A stretch of DNA of 64,000 bases from Coriobacteriia bacterium (lineage in GTDB: Bacteria; Actinomycetota; Coriobacteriia; Anaerosomatales; PALSA-660): positions 2,751-66,750 of the forward strand of contig JANYAK010000011.1 of the NCBI GenBank assembly GCA_025361335.1, written 5' to 3'. Each line of letters begins with the position of its first letter. The stretch's first letter is position 1. Positions 47,851 to 57,478 of the stretch are shown piece after piece. Under the pieces are notes generated by a model, which made no database searches, was not told the origin of the DNA, and worked only from the letters and a program-made list of their open reading frames with translations. A program made the translations under genes and the position numbers.

Positions 47851-48714
47851 ATGAAACGTCTCGAGATCGATACCAGGCGCGGAGCAGGTCGGCCGATCGT
47901 TCTGGTCGCCTTCGTCGTGGCTGCCCTCATCATCACCACGGTGTGGTACCGCGAGGGGGCAGGGGGCCCGTTGCACGGCGCCCGCCGGGTCATCCTCGCC
48001 GCCTCAAGACCCTTCGCCATCGCCGGCACCGTCCTCACTTCTCCGTTCAGGTCGCTGACGGGATACCTGTCCGACAGCGCCGTATCCCGAGCCGACTATG
48101 GCGCGCTCAAGACGCAGAACGATCAGCTCAAGGCGCGCTTGGCGCGGCTCGAGGAGGCTCGACTCGAGAACGAGCGGATCAGGGAGCTCGTGAAGTTCGC
48201 GCAGGCGCAGGACTACAAGACGCTCGGGTGCCGCGTCATAGGGCGGCCGTCCAACTCGTGGGAGCGTTCCATCGTGCTGGACAGGGGCACGGGCGACGGC
48301 GTCGAGGTCGGAGCGGCCGTGTTCGCGGCCGGTGGTCTGGTCGGCCAGGTCACCGAGGCGACGAGGGGCAGCGCGAAGGTGCGGCTCGTCACCGACGGCA
48401 GTTCCGGCGTGGCGGTCATGGTGCAGCGCACTCGCGCCGAGGGTGTGGTGCGCGGCTCGATCGAAGGACGACTCAGCCTCGATTTCGTCGGCAAGGAGAC
48501 CCTGCCGGTGAAAGGGGACGTCGTGGTCACATCGGGAATGGGCGGCGTGTTCCCCAAGGGGCTCGTCGTCGGTGACGTCACCGAGGTGGCCGCGCCTCAG
48601 GCGGATCTTTTTCCCAAGGTGACCGTTGCCAGCCGAGTCGCGATAGGTCACATCGAGGAGGTCCTGGTCATGGTGGGTTCGCAGGGCGTCCAACCGGCTG
48701 GGAGCGCGGAGTGA
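47851..48714 (+). CDS. mreC: Rod shape-determining protein MreC
   Basis: N-terminal TM helix, a coiled coil (LKTQNDQLKARLARLEEARLENERIREL) and VVTSGMGGVFPKGLVVG. Confidence 0.85.
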   Translation: MKRLEIDTRRGAGRPIVLVAFVVAALIITTVWYREGAGGPLHGARRVILAASRPFAIAGTVLTSPFRSLTGYLSDSAVSRADYGALKTQNDQLKARLARLEEARLENERIRELVKFAQAQDYKTLGCRVIGRPSNSWERSIVLDRGTGDGVEVGAAVFAAGGLVGQVTEATRGSAKVRLVTDGSSGVAVMVQRTRAEGVVRGSIEGRLSLDFVGKETLPVKGDVVVTSGMGGVFPKGLVVGDVTEVAAPQADLFPKVTVASRVAIGHIEEVLVMVGSQGVQPAGSAE

Positions 48715-49223
48715 ACAAAGCGCTGCCGACAACGCTGGCTCTGCTCGCCGCCATCGTGCTCCAGATCGCGATAGCGCCGCGGATCGCCGTCTTCGACGTG
48801 GTGCCGAACCTCGTGTTCCTGGTGGTCGTGACCCTGGCGCTCGCCGAAGGCCCGCTCGCGGGCTGCGCCGCGGGATTCGTCGGCGGTCTCCTGTTCGACC
48901 TCATCGGGTCCTCGGTCGTGGGCCCGTATGCTCTCGTGTTCTGCGTGGTCGGGTACTTGGCCGGGATGCTCGAAGCGAACATGTTCGCTGAAGGCTGGTT
49001 GCTCCCGGTGTCCGTGGTCTTCATCGCAGGGCTCGGGGCCGAGGTCACGTACGGGGTCATCCTGCTGATACTGGACGCCGGCGGGCCGTTCTGGCCGTCC
49101 TTCCTGCGGATCATGCTGCCGGGCGCCGTGTATAATACGGCCCTGGCCGTGCTGGTCTATCCGCTCCTCGTGCGCTTCCTGCGGCGCGACCGGACCGTGA
49201 GGTCGTTCCAGCGCCTCGCGTGA
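48711..49223 (+). CDS. mreD: Rod shape-determining protein MreD
   Basis: 170-aa polytopic protein with a GTGA overlap with mreC, in the conserved position. Confidence 0.75.
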   Translation: MNKALPTTLALLAAIVLQIAIAPRIAVFDVVPNLVFLVVVTLALAEGPLAGCAAGFVGGLLFDLIGSSVVGPYALVFCVVGYLAGMLEANMFAEGWLLPVSVVFIAGLGAEVTYGVILLILDAGGPFWPSFLRIMLPGAVYNTALAVLVYPLLVRFLRRDRTVRSFQRLA

Positions 49224-49295
49224 AAAGAAGCCTCACCGGCGCGACTCACCCACCCCCCGTGCGGGATGCTCCGCCCGCTTCCGGAGCCGTGATCC

Positions 49296-51161
49296 ATGAC
49301 CACCTTCCGCCAGCAGCTCAAAGGCCGGTTCGCGACGCTGGGACTTATCGTCCTCGTGATGCTGGGCGGCCTTTTGCTGCGGTTGTGGAGCATGGAGGTA
49401 CTCTCGGGCGCCTCGTTCGCGGCGCAGGCGGAGGACAACCGCATCAGGGAGGTCTCCATCGACGCGCCGCGCGGCCGTGTGCTTGACGCGAAAGGCCGGC
49501 CTCTCGTCACGAACCGTCCCGTCATGGTCGTGACCTTGGCGCCCTCGATCCTGACGCGCGAGGACAGCGCGACGGTCATCACGCGACTGTCGGCGCTCAT
49601 CGACGTGCCGGTTCCCGACATCCTCAAGCGGTTGTCGAGTGACAAGCAGGAGCGGCTCAAGCCGCGGATCCTGCGCGCGGATGTGCCCATGACGACGGTC
49701 AGCTATCTGGTCGAACATGCCCCGGAGTTCCCTGATGTCGCGGTCGATGCGGCCGCCGTGCGCGAGTACCCGTTCGGCGGCCTCGCCGCCCATGTGCTCG
49801 GCTATGCCGGCGAGATCTCGGAGGGGCAACTACAGGACGAGAACCTCGCCGATTCCCGGATCGGCGACATCGTCGGCAAGGCGGGGATCGAGGCGCAGTA
49901 CGACAAGGTGCTCCTCGGCGAGAAGGGCTACCGACGCCTCGAGGTCGACTCGAAGGGACGCATACGGAGAGTCGTCGCACAGGGCGAACCGAGGGCCGGC
50001 AAGGACATCGTCCTCACCATCGACGCTGACGTGCAGAGCGTCGCCGAGAAGGCGCTGGCCGACGCGCTCGACGAGGCGCATCGGCAGGGCTACACGAAGG
50101 CGCGCGCCGGAGCGGTCGTCGTTCTGGACATCAAGACCGGTGCGGTCGTCGCCATGGCCAGCGCTCCCTCGTACGACCCCACGATATTCCTGGGCGGGAT
50201 CAAGGACGCCGACTGGAAGCGGCTGACCGACAAGGCCAGCGAGTACCCGCTCAACAACCGGGCGGTCATGGCCGCCTACCCCCCCGCGTCCACGTTCAAG
50301 GCCGTGACGGGGATGGCGGGGCTTCAGGACAAGGTGACCTCCGCCGGCGCCTCCTACTTCTGCCCAGGCAAGTGGGAGGGCATGGGCAAGCAGTGGGCGA
50401 AGTGGTGCTGGAACCACGCGGGACACGGCAGCATAAGCTTCACGAACGGGATCATCCAGAGTTGCGACACGGTCTTTTACGAGATCGGCCAGAAGTTCTA
50501 CGAGCGCAAGAAGGAAGAGCTGCAGTCGTTCGCGCGCAGTATCGGGCTCGGGTCCGATACCGGGATCGACCTTCCGGGTGAGGTCTCCGGGCGTGTGCCG
50601 GATGCGGCTTGGAAGAAGCTCTACAACCGGAACTACCCCGAGTACCAGCAGTGGCTTCCCGGCGATACCGTCAACATGGCCATCGGTCAGGGCGACCTGC
50701 TCCTGACTCCGCTGCAGCTTGCCAGCGTTTACGCGGCGTTCGGGAACGGCGGGAAGGTCATGAAGCCGCATGTGCTCCAATCCGTGCTCGGGCCCGACGG
50801 GAAGCCCACTGTGGAGGTGTCGCCCGTCGTGGCTCACGACCCGAAGCTTTTGGCCGGCAACCTGGCCACGTTGCGGCGCGCGCTTGTCGGCGCGACGACA
50901 TCGGGCACCGGCAGGGGAGCCTTCTCGGGCTTCAAGATCGCCGTCGCAGGCAAGACCGGTACCGCGCAGGTCAAGGGCAAGGACGACTACGCCTGGTTCG
51001 CGTGCTACGCGCCGGCGGACGCTCCGCGCTACGCGGTCTCCGTGGTGATCGAGCAGGGGGGCCATGGAGGATCCGTGGCAGGGCCGGCCGCGCGTCAGGT
51101 GCTCGCGACGTTGTTCAGCCAGCCGTGGCACCCAGTCCACACGACCGACGTCTCGAGGTAG
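49296..51161 (+). CDS. mrdA: Penicillin-binding protein 2 (elongation transpeptidase)
   Basis: Dimerisation domain RG.V.D..G..L, STFK and KTGTA motifs. Confidence 0.9.
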   Translation: MTTFRQQLKGRFATLGLIVLVMLGGLLLRLWSMEVLSGASFAAQAEDNRIREVSIDAPRGRVLDAKGRPLVTNRPVMVVTLAPSILTREDSATVITRLSALIDVPVPDILKRLSSDKQERLKPRILRADVPMTTVSYLVEHAPEFPDVAVDAAAVREYPFGGLAAHVLGYAGEISEGQLQDENLADSRIGDIVGKAGIEAQYDKVLLGEKGYRRLEVDSKGRIRRVVAQGEPRAGKDIVLTIDADVQSVAEKALADALDEAHRQGYTKARAGAVVVLDIKTGAVVAMASAPSYDPTIFLGGIKDADWKRLTDKASEYPLNNRAVMAAYPPASTFKAVTGMAGLQDKVTSAGASYFCPGKWEGMGKQWAKWCWNHAGHGSISFTNGIIQSCDTVFYEIGQKFYERKKEELQSFARSIGLGSDTGIDLPGEVSGRVPDAAWKKLYNRNYPEYQQWLPGDTVNMAIGQGDLLLTPLQLASVYAAFGNGGKVMKPHVLQSVLGPDGKPTVEVSPVVAHDPKLLAGNLATLRRALVGATTSGTGRGAFSGFKIAVAGKTGTAQVKGKDDYAWFACYAPADAPRYAVSVVIEQGGHGGSVAGPAARQVLATLFSQPWHPVHTTDVSR

Positions 51162-51168
51162 CCGCAAC

Positions 51169-52287
51169 GTGAGCACATCCGGCGTGAAGACCGTGACGGA
51201 TCGACTGCACTTCGGGCTGCTGCTGGCCGCGGTCGCTCTGGCGGCTTTCGGCACCCTGATGGTGTGGTCGGCGACCGCCGGGATGCTGGCGCACGACGCG
51301 ATGTTCAAGCGCCACCTCATCGGCCTCGCCCTCGGGCTGCTCCCGCTGGTCGGGCTCGGCATGTCGGACTACCAGAAGTGGAAGAACTGGGCAGGCCCCC
51401 TCATGATCGCGCTCGCCCTGCTCATCGTGTCGCCTCGCATCCCGGGGCTCGGCGCCAGCGCCAAGGGGGCCACATCTTGGCTGGAGGTGGCTGGCCAGAG
51501 GCTCTTCCAGCCGTCCGAGCCGGCGAAGCTGCTGTTCATCGTCGTGATGGCGGCCATGATCGCCGAGTTCTCCGGCAGGATCGACCAGTCGCGAGACGTC
51601 CTGCGCGTCGCGGGCTACATCGCTCTTCCGGTCGTGTTGATCCTCGTTCAGCCCGACCTCGGCACGGGGCTCGTCTTCGTGGCGATCGCCATGGGGATGC
51701 TACTGGTCGGTGGACTGGCGCCGCGTTACTTCGCCATCGCGGCCGTCGTCGGTATCGTGGCGATCGGCCTGCTCTTGGCGCTGCCGGGGCCGCTCGAGGC
51801 GTACCAGAAGGACAGACTGCTGGTCTTCGTCGACCCGTCCCGGGATCCCAAGGGGGCCGGATACAACCTGGCCCAGAGCAAGATCGCCATCGGCTCGGGC
51901 GGTGTGACGGGGAAGGGTCTCGGCGCCGGGTCGCAGAGCAACCTCAACTTCATCCCGGAGCGTCACACGGACTTCATTTTCTCGGTGCTCGGCGAGCAAC
52001 TCGGCTTCGTCGGTGCGGTCATCCTCATCGGCCTGTTCCTGGCGCTGCTGGCCGCGGCGCTGTCTATCTCCACGTCGTCGCGCGACCTGTTCGGCGCGCT
52101 CATAGCCGCAGGGCTGCTCGCAATGTGGTTGTTCCAGATAGTGGAGAATATCGGCATGACCGTCGGCATGATGCCCATCACCGGGATCCCGCTGCCCTTC
52201 ATGAGCTACGGGTCGTCGGCCATGGTCACCAACCTTGCGGGAGTGGGTATGCTGTTGTCCGTCTGGTCCCGCCGGTATGGCACGTAG
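51169..52287 (+). CDS. rodA: SEDS protein RodA (FtsW/RodA family)
   Basis: LQPSEPAKL, HTDFIFSVLGEQLGFVG and PLPFMSYGSS motifs. Start at GTG 51169. Confidence 0.9.
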   Translation: MSTSGVKTVTDRLHFGLLLAAVALAAFGTLMVWSATAGMLAHDAMFKRHLIGLALGLLPLVGLGMSDYQKWKNWAGPLMIALALLIVSPRIPGLGASAKGATSWLEVAGQRLFQPSEPAKLLFIVVMAAMIAEFSGRIDQSRDVLRVAGYIALPVVLILVQPDLGTGLVFVAIAMGMLLVGGLAPRYFAIAAVVGIVAIGLLLALPGPLEAYQKDRLLVFVDPSRDPKGAGYNLAQSKIAIGSGGVTGKGLGAGSQSNLNFIPERHTDFIFSVLGEQLGFVGAVILIGLFLALLAAALSISTSSRDLFGALIAAGLLAMWLFQIVENIGMTVGMMPITGIPLPFMSYGSSAMVTNLAGVGMLLSVWSRRYGT

Positions 52288-52318
52288 AAGAGGGCTCAAC
52301 CCATAGGAGAGTGACGCC

Positions 52319-53335
52319 GTGGCGAACGTGCCCATCGATGTGCGCGCGTTGATCAGCGCGGGCTCCAAGCTCATGGAGCAAAGGGACCTGCCCGTTCGCA
52401 TCGCTGTTCTGGTCGAGATCGACGCGCCCGAAACGCTTGTCGATGCCGTGCGGGAGGGATTCCGCCCGCGTACGTCGAAGGCGATCGTGGACGTGAGCAT
52501 CATCGAGCCGGAAACGGTCCTGCGCGTCGTTTCCGCCGCCGACGCGGCGGTCGTGCTGGTCGGCACCGGCGGTGGCGACATAGGGCCCACGCTCGCGGAC
52601 CTGCGCGGACGCGCGATCCCGACGGCCGTCCTCGCGATACGAGCGGAGCCGGGCGACCTAGCGGGACTCGTGGGCCACCCCGGCGAGGATGTGCTGACCC
52701 GCCCTGACGCCTTCGAGCTCGTCCATGGCCCGCTCGCTGACTGGATCATGCGCCGTCTACCGGCGAAGCGCACGGCCGTCGCGCACAACTTCGAGTTCAT
52801 GCGGCGCGCCGTCGCCCACGAGGCGGTCAAGGCGACGGCGTGGCAGAACGCGGTGATCGGCGGCGTGGGGATCATTCCCGGCACGGACATGCCGCTCATG
52901 ACGCTCAATCAGGGCAAGATGCTGCTTCAGATATCCGCTGCGTACGGGCAGCAACTCGGCGCCGACCGCATCAAGGAGCTCGCGGCGGTCGTGGGCGGCG
53001 GCTTCCTGCTCCGGACGATCGCTCGGCAGGCGCTGACCCTCATACCGGGGTTCGGGTGGGCGGTCAAAGCCGGCGTCGCCTACAGTGGGACGATCGCAAT
53101 GGGCGACGCCGCGATCGCGTATTTCGAGCGAGGTGGCGACGCCGGAGAGATGCTGGCCCGACTGCGCGAATCGGCGGGCAAGGTCGCGTCCTCGGCGAAG
53201 GGTCGGCTGCGCCGCGGCCGAGGCTCCGCGCCCAGGTCGACCGACTACATCGCCCTGCCGCCGATATGCGGGGAGCCCGAGACCACGGCGTCACCCGGCG
53301 GCGCCACCACTCCGGAGTCGGGCGCCGCATCGTGA
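52319..53335 (+). CDS. Hypothetical protein; C-terminal half is DUF697-like, N-terminal half is alpha/beta with no P-loop
   Basis: IPGTDMPLMTLNQGKMLLQISAAYGQ and FLLRTIARQALTLIPGFGWAVKAGVAYSGTIAMG resemble DUF697 membrane-associated repeats. No GxxxxGK(S/T) is present. AGGAGA lies upstream of GTG 52319. Confidence 0.4.
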   Translation: MANVPIDVRALISAGSKLMEQRDLPVRIAVLVEIDAPETLVDAVREGFRPRTSKAIVDVSIIEPETVLRVVSAADAAVVLVGTGGGDIGPTLADLRGRAIPTAVLAIRAEPGDLAGLVGHPGEDVLTRPDAFELVHGPLADWIMRRLPAKRTAVAHNFEFMRRAVAHEAVKATAWQNAVIGGVGIIPGTDMPLMTLNQGKMLLQISAAYGQQLGADRIKELAAVVGGGFLLRTIARQALTLIPGFGWAVKAGVAYSGTIAMGDAAIAYFERGGDAGEMLARLRESAGKVASSAKGRLRRGRGSAPRSTDYIALPPICGEPETTASPGGATTPESGAAS

Positions 53336-55185
53336 CGGACCTGTGGCCGCGCGTCGAACCGCTCCTTGCGCACGTGGAGCGGCCCGCGCGTTATGTCGAC
53401 CGCGAGTGGGGGGCGCGCCACGACGAGTCCGCGTCGTACAGGGTCGCGCTCCTGTATCCGGATACCTATGAGCTGGGCATGGCCAACCAGGCGATCGCCA
53501 TCCTGTACGACCGCTTGAACGGGCTGAAGGACACCGCCGCCGAGAGGGTCTTCGTGCCCTGGAAGGACATGGCGGCGGCCATGCGCCAGTCGGGCGTCCC
53601 GCTGTTCACCCTGGAATCATGCGCGCCCGTGCGCGAGGTCGATCTTCTCGGCGTGACGCTGCCGTACGAGCTCACATTCACCAACGTTCTAGAGGCGCTC
53701 GATCTGGCGGGGATCCCCTTGCGATCGGCCGATCGGTCCGAAGGGGATCCGCTGGTCATCGCCGGCGGGCCGTGCGCCTTCGCCCCCGAGCCCATGGCTG
53801 ACTTCTTCGACGCCATCCTCATCGGTGAGGGGGAGGACGCGGTTGCCGACATCGTCGCCGCGCATCGTGTCGCGAAGGTCGCAGGCCTGAGCCGGACCGA
53901 CCTGCTCGAGCGGCTGGCGGCCGTCCCCGGCGTCTACGTGCCGTCACTGTACGAGCCCGCGTCGCCCGAGGTCGCTGCTCATCCTCGCCCGGGAAGCGCC
54001 GCCCCGCCGGTGGTCGAGAAGCGCGTGCTCGCCAGCCTGTCCGAGCATCGGACCCCCGAGTGCCCGGTCGTCCCCTTCATGGATGTCGTGCACGACCGCG
54101 CGGGTGTCGAGATCTTGCGCGGCTGCACGCGCGGGTGTCGGTTCTGTCAGGCGGGGATGGTGTACCGCCCCGTCAGGGAGCGCACCCCGGACGAGATCGT
54201 GCGCGACGCCGTGGCCCAGTTACGATGCACGGGCCACGAGGATGTCTCGCTCACCTCTCTTTCGACCACGGACCACAGCCGCATCGAGGAGATCCTCCGG
54301 CGGCTGTCCGCGGCGACCAGAGGCGCCGGTGTGGCGATCTCGCTGCCGAGCCTGCGGGTCGATGCGTTCGGCGTCGAGATGGCCGCTCTGGCCTCGTCCG
54401 GCAAGAAGAGCGGCCTTACGTTCGCTCCGGAGGCGGGCACCCAGAGGCTTCGCGACGTCATCAACAAGAACGTGACCGAGCAAGACCTCCTCGACACGGT
54501 AGCCGCGGCGTTCGGGGCGGGCTGGCGACGCATGAAGCTGTACTTCATGATGGGGCTCCCGACCGAGACGGATGAGGACGTGCGGGGGATCGGGGAGCTG
54601 GTGCGCCGGGTGCTCGACGTGGCGCGCGAGGCGACGCCTCCCGCTCAGCGTGGAGGCTTGAGGATCGGCGTGTCGGTCGCGGTGTTCGTGCCCAAGGCAC
54701 ACACTCCCTTCCAGTGGGAGGGTCAGGCGCCCAACGAGGAGGTCCGCCGCCGCCAGCAGGTCCTGCGCGAGTCGATGCCGCGCAAGGGCGTCGAGCTGGC
54801 CTGGCATGACACGGGGGTCGCCCTCCTCGAGGGGGCGATAGCGCGCGGCGGCCGTGAGCTGAGCCGCGTCATCGAGCGGGCGTGGCGCTCCGGCGCGGTG
54901 TTCGACGCGTGGACCGAGGAGTTCTCCATGTCCCGGTGGCGCGAGGCATTCGCCGGGGAGGGCTTGGACCTCGAATCGCTCGCCACCACGCCCCACGACC
55001 CGTCCGAGCCGCTGCCCTGGGAGCATCTCTCAGCGGGCGTGGACCGTGACTACCTCTTGGGCGAACGGGAGCGCGCACTGGCGGCGGAGACGACCCCCGA
55101 CTGCTCCTTCGATGGGTGCACTGGATGCGGCGTGTGCCCGTCGCTCGGCGTGGACATCGTGGTGGCGGGGGGTCGTCGTGGCTGA
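53332..55185 (+). CDS. B12-binding-like radical SAM protein, TIGR03960-type (function unknown)
   Basis: ERPARYVDREWG N-terminus, the CTRGCRFCQAG radical SAM motif and about 617 aa in length. GTGA overlap with the preceding gene. Confidence 0.8.
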   Translation: MTDLWPRVEPLLAHVERPARYVDREWGARHDESASYRVALLYPDTYELGMANQAIAILYDRLNGLKDTAAERVFVPWKDMAAAMRQSGVPLFTLESCAPVREVDLLGVTLPYELTFTNVLEALDLAGIPLRSADRSEGDPLVIAGGPCAFAPEPMADFFDAILIGEGEDAVADIVAAHRVAKVAGLSRTDLLERLAAVPGVYVPSLYEPASPEVAAHPRPGSAAPPVVEKRVLASLSEHRTPECPVVPFMDVVHDRAGVEILRGCTRGCRFCQAGMVYRPVRERTPDEIVRDAVAQLRCTGHEDVSLTSLSTTDHSRIEEILRRLSAATRGAGVAISLPSLRVDAFGVEMAALASSGKKSGLTFAPEAGTQRLRDVINKNVTEQDLLDTVAAAFGAGWRRMKLYFMMGLPTETDEDVRGIGELVRRVLDVAREATPPAQRGGLRIGVSVAVFVPKAHTPFQWEGQAPNEEVRRRQQVLRESMPRKGVELAWHDTGVALLEGAIARGGRELSRVIERAWRSGAVFDAWTEEFSMSRWREAFAGEGLDLESLATTPHDPSEPLPWEHLSAGVDRDYLLGERERALAAETTPDCSFDGCTGCGVCPSLGVDIVVAGGRRG

Positions 55186-55852
55186 CACCACCTACCGCCT
55201 TCGCGTCACGTACGGCAAGACGGGCCGTCTGCGGTTCCTGTCGCATCTCGAGACGATGCATGCGTGCGAGAGGTCGGTCCGGCGCGCCCAACTCGCGTAT
55301 GCTGTCACTCAGGGCTTCAACCCGCACATGAAGGTCGGCTTCGGTCCCGCCCTCCCAGTGGGGACGGCGGGCTTGGCCGAGAGATACGAGGTCTGGCTCA
55401 CGCGCTTCGTCTCACCGAGCGAGGCTCTGTCGAGGCTGCGCGAGTCGACGCCGGCGGGTCTGGCGCCCGTGGGGGTGCTGTACGTGCCCGAATCGGAGAA
55501 GGCGCTCGCCGCGTCGCTGACGATGGCGGCATACGAGGTCGTGGTCGACGGTCCGGACGTGGGTTCGGACCGGGTACGGGCAGGTCTTGAGGCGGTAGTC
55601 GCCGACGGGAGCCTGACGCTCGAGCACAAGGGCAAGACCAAAGTTTACGACCTGGCGGTCTGTCTCCCGAAGGAGCCGACCGTCGGGGAGACCCAGGGAA
55701 GTGTCGTCGTCGACGTGACCGTTCGCATCGGTCCGTGGGGGTCGCTCCGACCTGAGGCCCTTGTCGCTGAAGCGCTTCGCCGCTCGTCGGTCCAGGGTGC
55801 GGTCACATGCGTGACGCGCACCAGCCTCGACCCGGAAGGGGCGGGCGCGTAG
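55178..55852 (+). CDS. TIGR03936/DUF2344 radical SAM-associated protein
   Basis: RLRVTYGKTGRLRFLSHLETMHACERSVRRA and QGFNPHMKVGFGPALPVG motifs. It overlaps the preceding radical SAM gene by 8 nt. Confidence 0.8.
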   Translation: MADTTYRLRVTYGKTGRLRFLSHLETMHACERSVRRAQLAYAVTQGFNPHMKVGFGPALPVGTAGLAERYEVWLTRFVSPSEALSRLRESTPAGLAPVGVLYVPESEKALAASLTMAAYEVVVDGPDVGSDRVRAGLEAVVADGSLTLEHKGKTKVYDLAVCLPKEPTVGETQGSVVVDVTVRIGPWGSLRPEALVAEALRRSSVQGAVTCVTRTSLDPEGAGA

Positions 55853-55880
55853 GGACGCGCCTTGCGAAAGGGGAGCGACC

Positions 55881-57368
55881 GTGAGTGACATACTGAGGGA
55901 GATGCTCATCTCCCACGACCCGTCGGAGACGCGGGTCGCCGTGCTCGAGGACGGTAAGCTCGTCGAGTACTACATCGAGCGGGCGAAGCGTTCGGTCGTC
56001 GGCAACGTCTACCTCGCTCGCGTGAAGGACGTCCTGCCGGGGATGCAGGCTGCATTCGTGGACATCGGACTGGAGAAGAACGCCTTCCTCTACGTCGATG
56101 AGATCGTCGCGCCCGAGGGTGTGGAGGACATGCCCCGCCGCGACATCCAGGCGATCCTCAAGCCGGGCCAGCAGATCATGGTCCAGGTGCTGAAGGACCC
56201 GATGGGCACCAAGGGCGCGCGCGTCACGACCGACATAACTCTGCCGGGACGCTTCCTCGTGCTGATGCCGTTCTCCGACTTCGTGGGCATCTCCCGGAAG
56301 CTGCCCGATGAGGAACGGGAGCGGCTGCACGACATCATCACGTCGCATGCGCCGAAGGGCACGGGAATGATCGTGCGGACGGCGGCCTCCGGGGCCACCG
56401 AGAAGGACCTTCTGGCCGACCTCGAATTCCTCGAGCGGCTGTGGAAGAGAGTGCAGCACCAGGCACTCGAAGCTCTGCCGCCGGAGATCATCTACACGGA
56501 GATGGACCTCGCCCTCAGGTTCGTCCGCGACGTGTTCAGCGAGGACTTCAAGCGCCTTCTGATCGACGACAAGACCGTGCATGACAAGGTCCTGTCGTTC
56601 CTGAAGAAGACATCGCCCGCGTTGGCACGGTCCGTGTCCCTGTATCGTGAGCGTGTCCCGCTGTTCGACTACTTCGCTCTCGCGCCTCAGGCGGCAAGCG
56701 CCCTCGAACGAGTGGTGCGGCTGCCGTCCGGGGGCTACATCGCGATCGACACGACCGAGGCGCTCACGGCTATCGACGTGAACACGGGGAAGTTCACCGG
56801 GCGCAAGAGCCTGGAGGACACGATCCTGCGCACGAACCTGGAAGCGGCCGACGAGGTCGTGCGGCAGCTGCGTCTGCGAGACATCGGCGGCATCATCGTG
56901 ATCGACTTCATCGACATGGAGGACCAGTTCCACCGTGCCGAGGTATCCGCCCGCATCAGCAAGGCGCTCGAGCGCGATCGCACGAAGACCCGCGTGATGG
57001 AGATCTCGCGCCTCGGGCTGGTCGAGATGACCCGGAAGAACGTCACGGATGGCCTCGTCGAGGTGTTGACGGATATCTGCCCGACGTGCCACGGGGAGGG
57101 ACGCGTGCTGTCGGAGGCCACGAGGCGGATCATGGCCGAGCGCCGCATGCGTGAAGTGCTCCACAGCGGCAAGTCGGCCGCGTACCTGTTCGGGCTGCAC
57201 CCGGAGACGTACGCGATCGTGAACGCGCCCGGGCAGAACGTCGTGGCCTCGCTGCGGGCGGAGACCAAGAAGCAGGTGGCCATCGTCGCCGACCCGGACT
57301 GCGGGCCCGGCGAGGTGCGGATCCTGATAGAGGGCCGCGCCGGCACCATCGAGCGCGCTCTGCGTTAG
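55881..57368 (+). CDS. rng: Ribonuclease G/E family endoribonuclease
   Basis: S1 domain (GNVYLARVKDVLPGMQAAFVDIG), DNase-I-like GGYIAIDTTEALTAIDVNTG, IGGIIVIDFIDM and a Zn-link CPTCHGEG. Confidence 0.9.
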   Translation: MSDILREMLISHDPSETRVAVLEDGKLVEYYIERAKRSVVGNVYLARVKDVLPGMQAAFVDIGLEKNAFLYVDEIVAPEGVEDMPRRDIQAILKPGQQIMVQVLKDPMGTKGARVTTDITLPGRFLVLMPFSDFVGISRKLPDEERERLHDIITSHAPKGTGMIVRTAASGATEKDLLADLEFLERLWKRVQHQALEALPPEIIYTEMDLALRFVRDVFSEDFKRLLIDDKTVHDKVLSFLKKTSPALARSVSLYRERVPLFDYFALAPQAASALERVVRLPSGGYIAIDTTEALTAIDVNTGKFTGRKSLEDTILRTNLEAADEVVRQLRLRDIGGIIVIDFIDMEDQFHRAEVSARISKALERDRTKTRVMEISRLGLVEMTRKNVTDGLVEVLTDICPTCHGEGRVLSEATRRIMAERRMREVLHSGKSAAYLFGLHPETYAIVNAPGQNVVASLRAETKKQVAIVADPDCGPGEVRILIEGRAGTIERALR

Positions 57369-57478
57369 CGAGCGGAACAGGGACACTCCCGGCACCGTAG
57401 CACCGGGGTTTGCGCAGGCGGGAGCCTGTGGTAACATACCGCCTCGCGCATTCAACCGAGAGTGAGGGTTCCCCGAAG

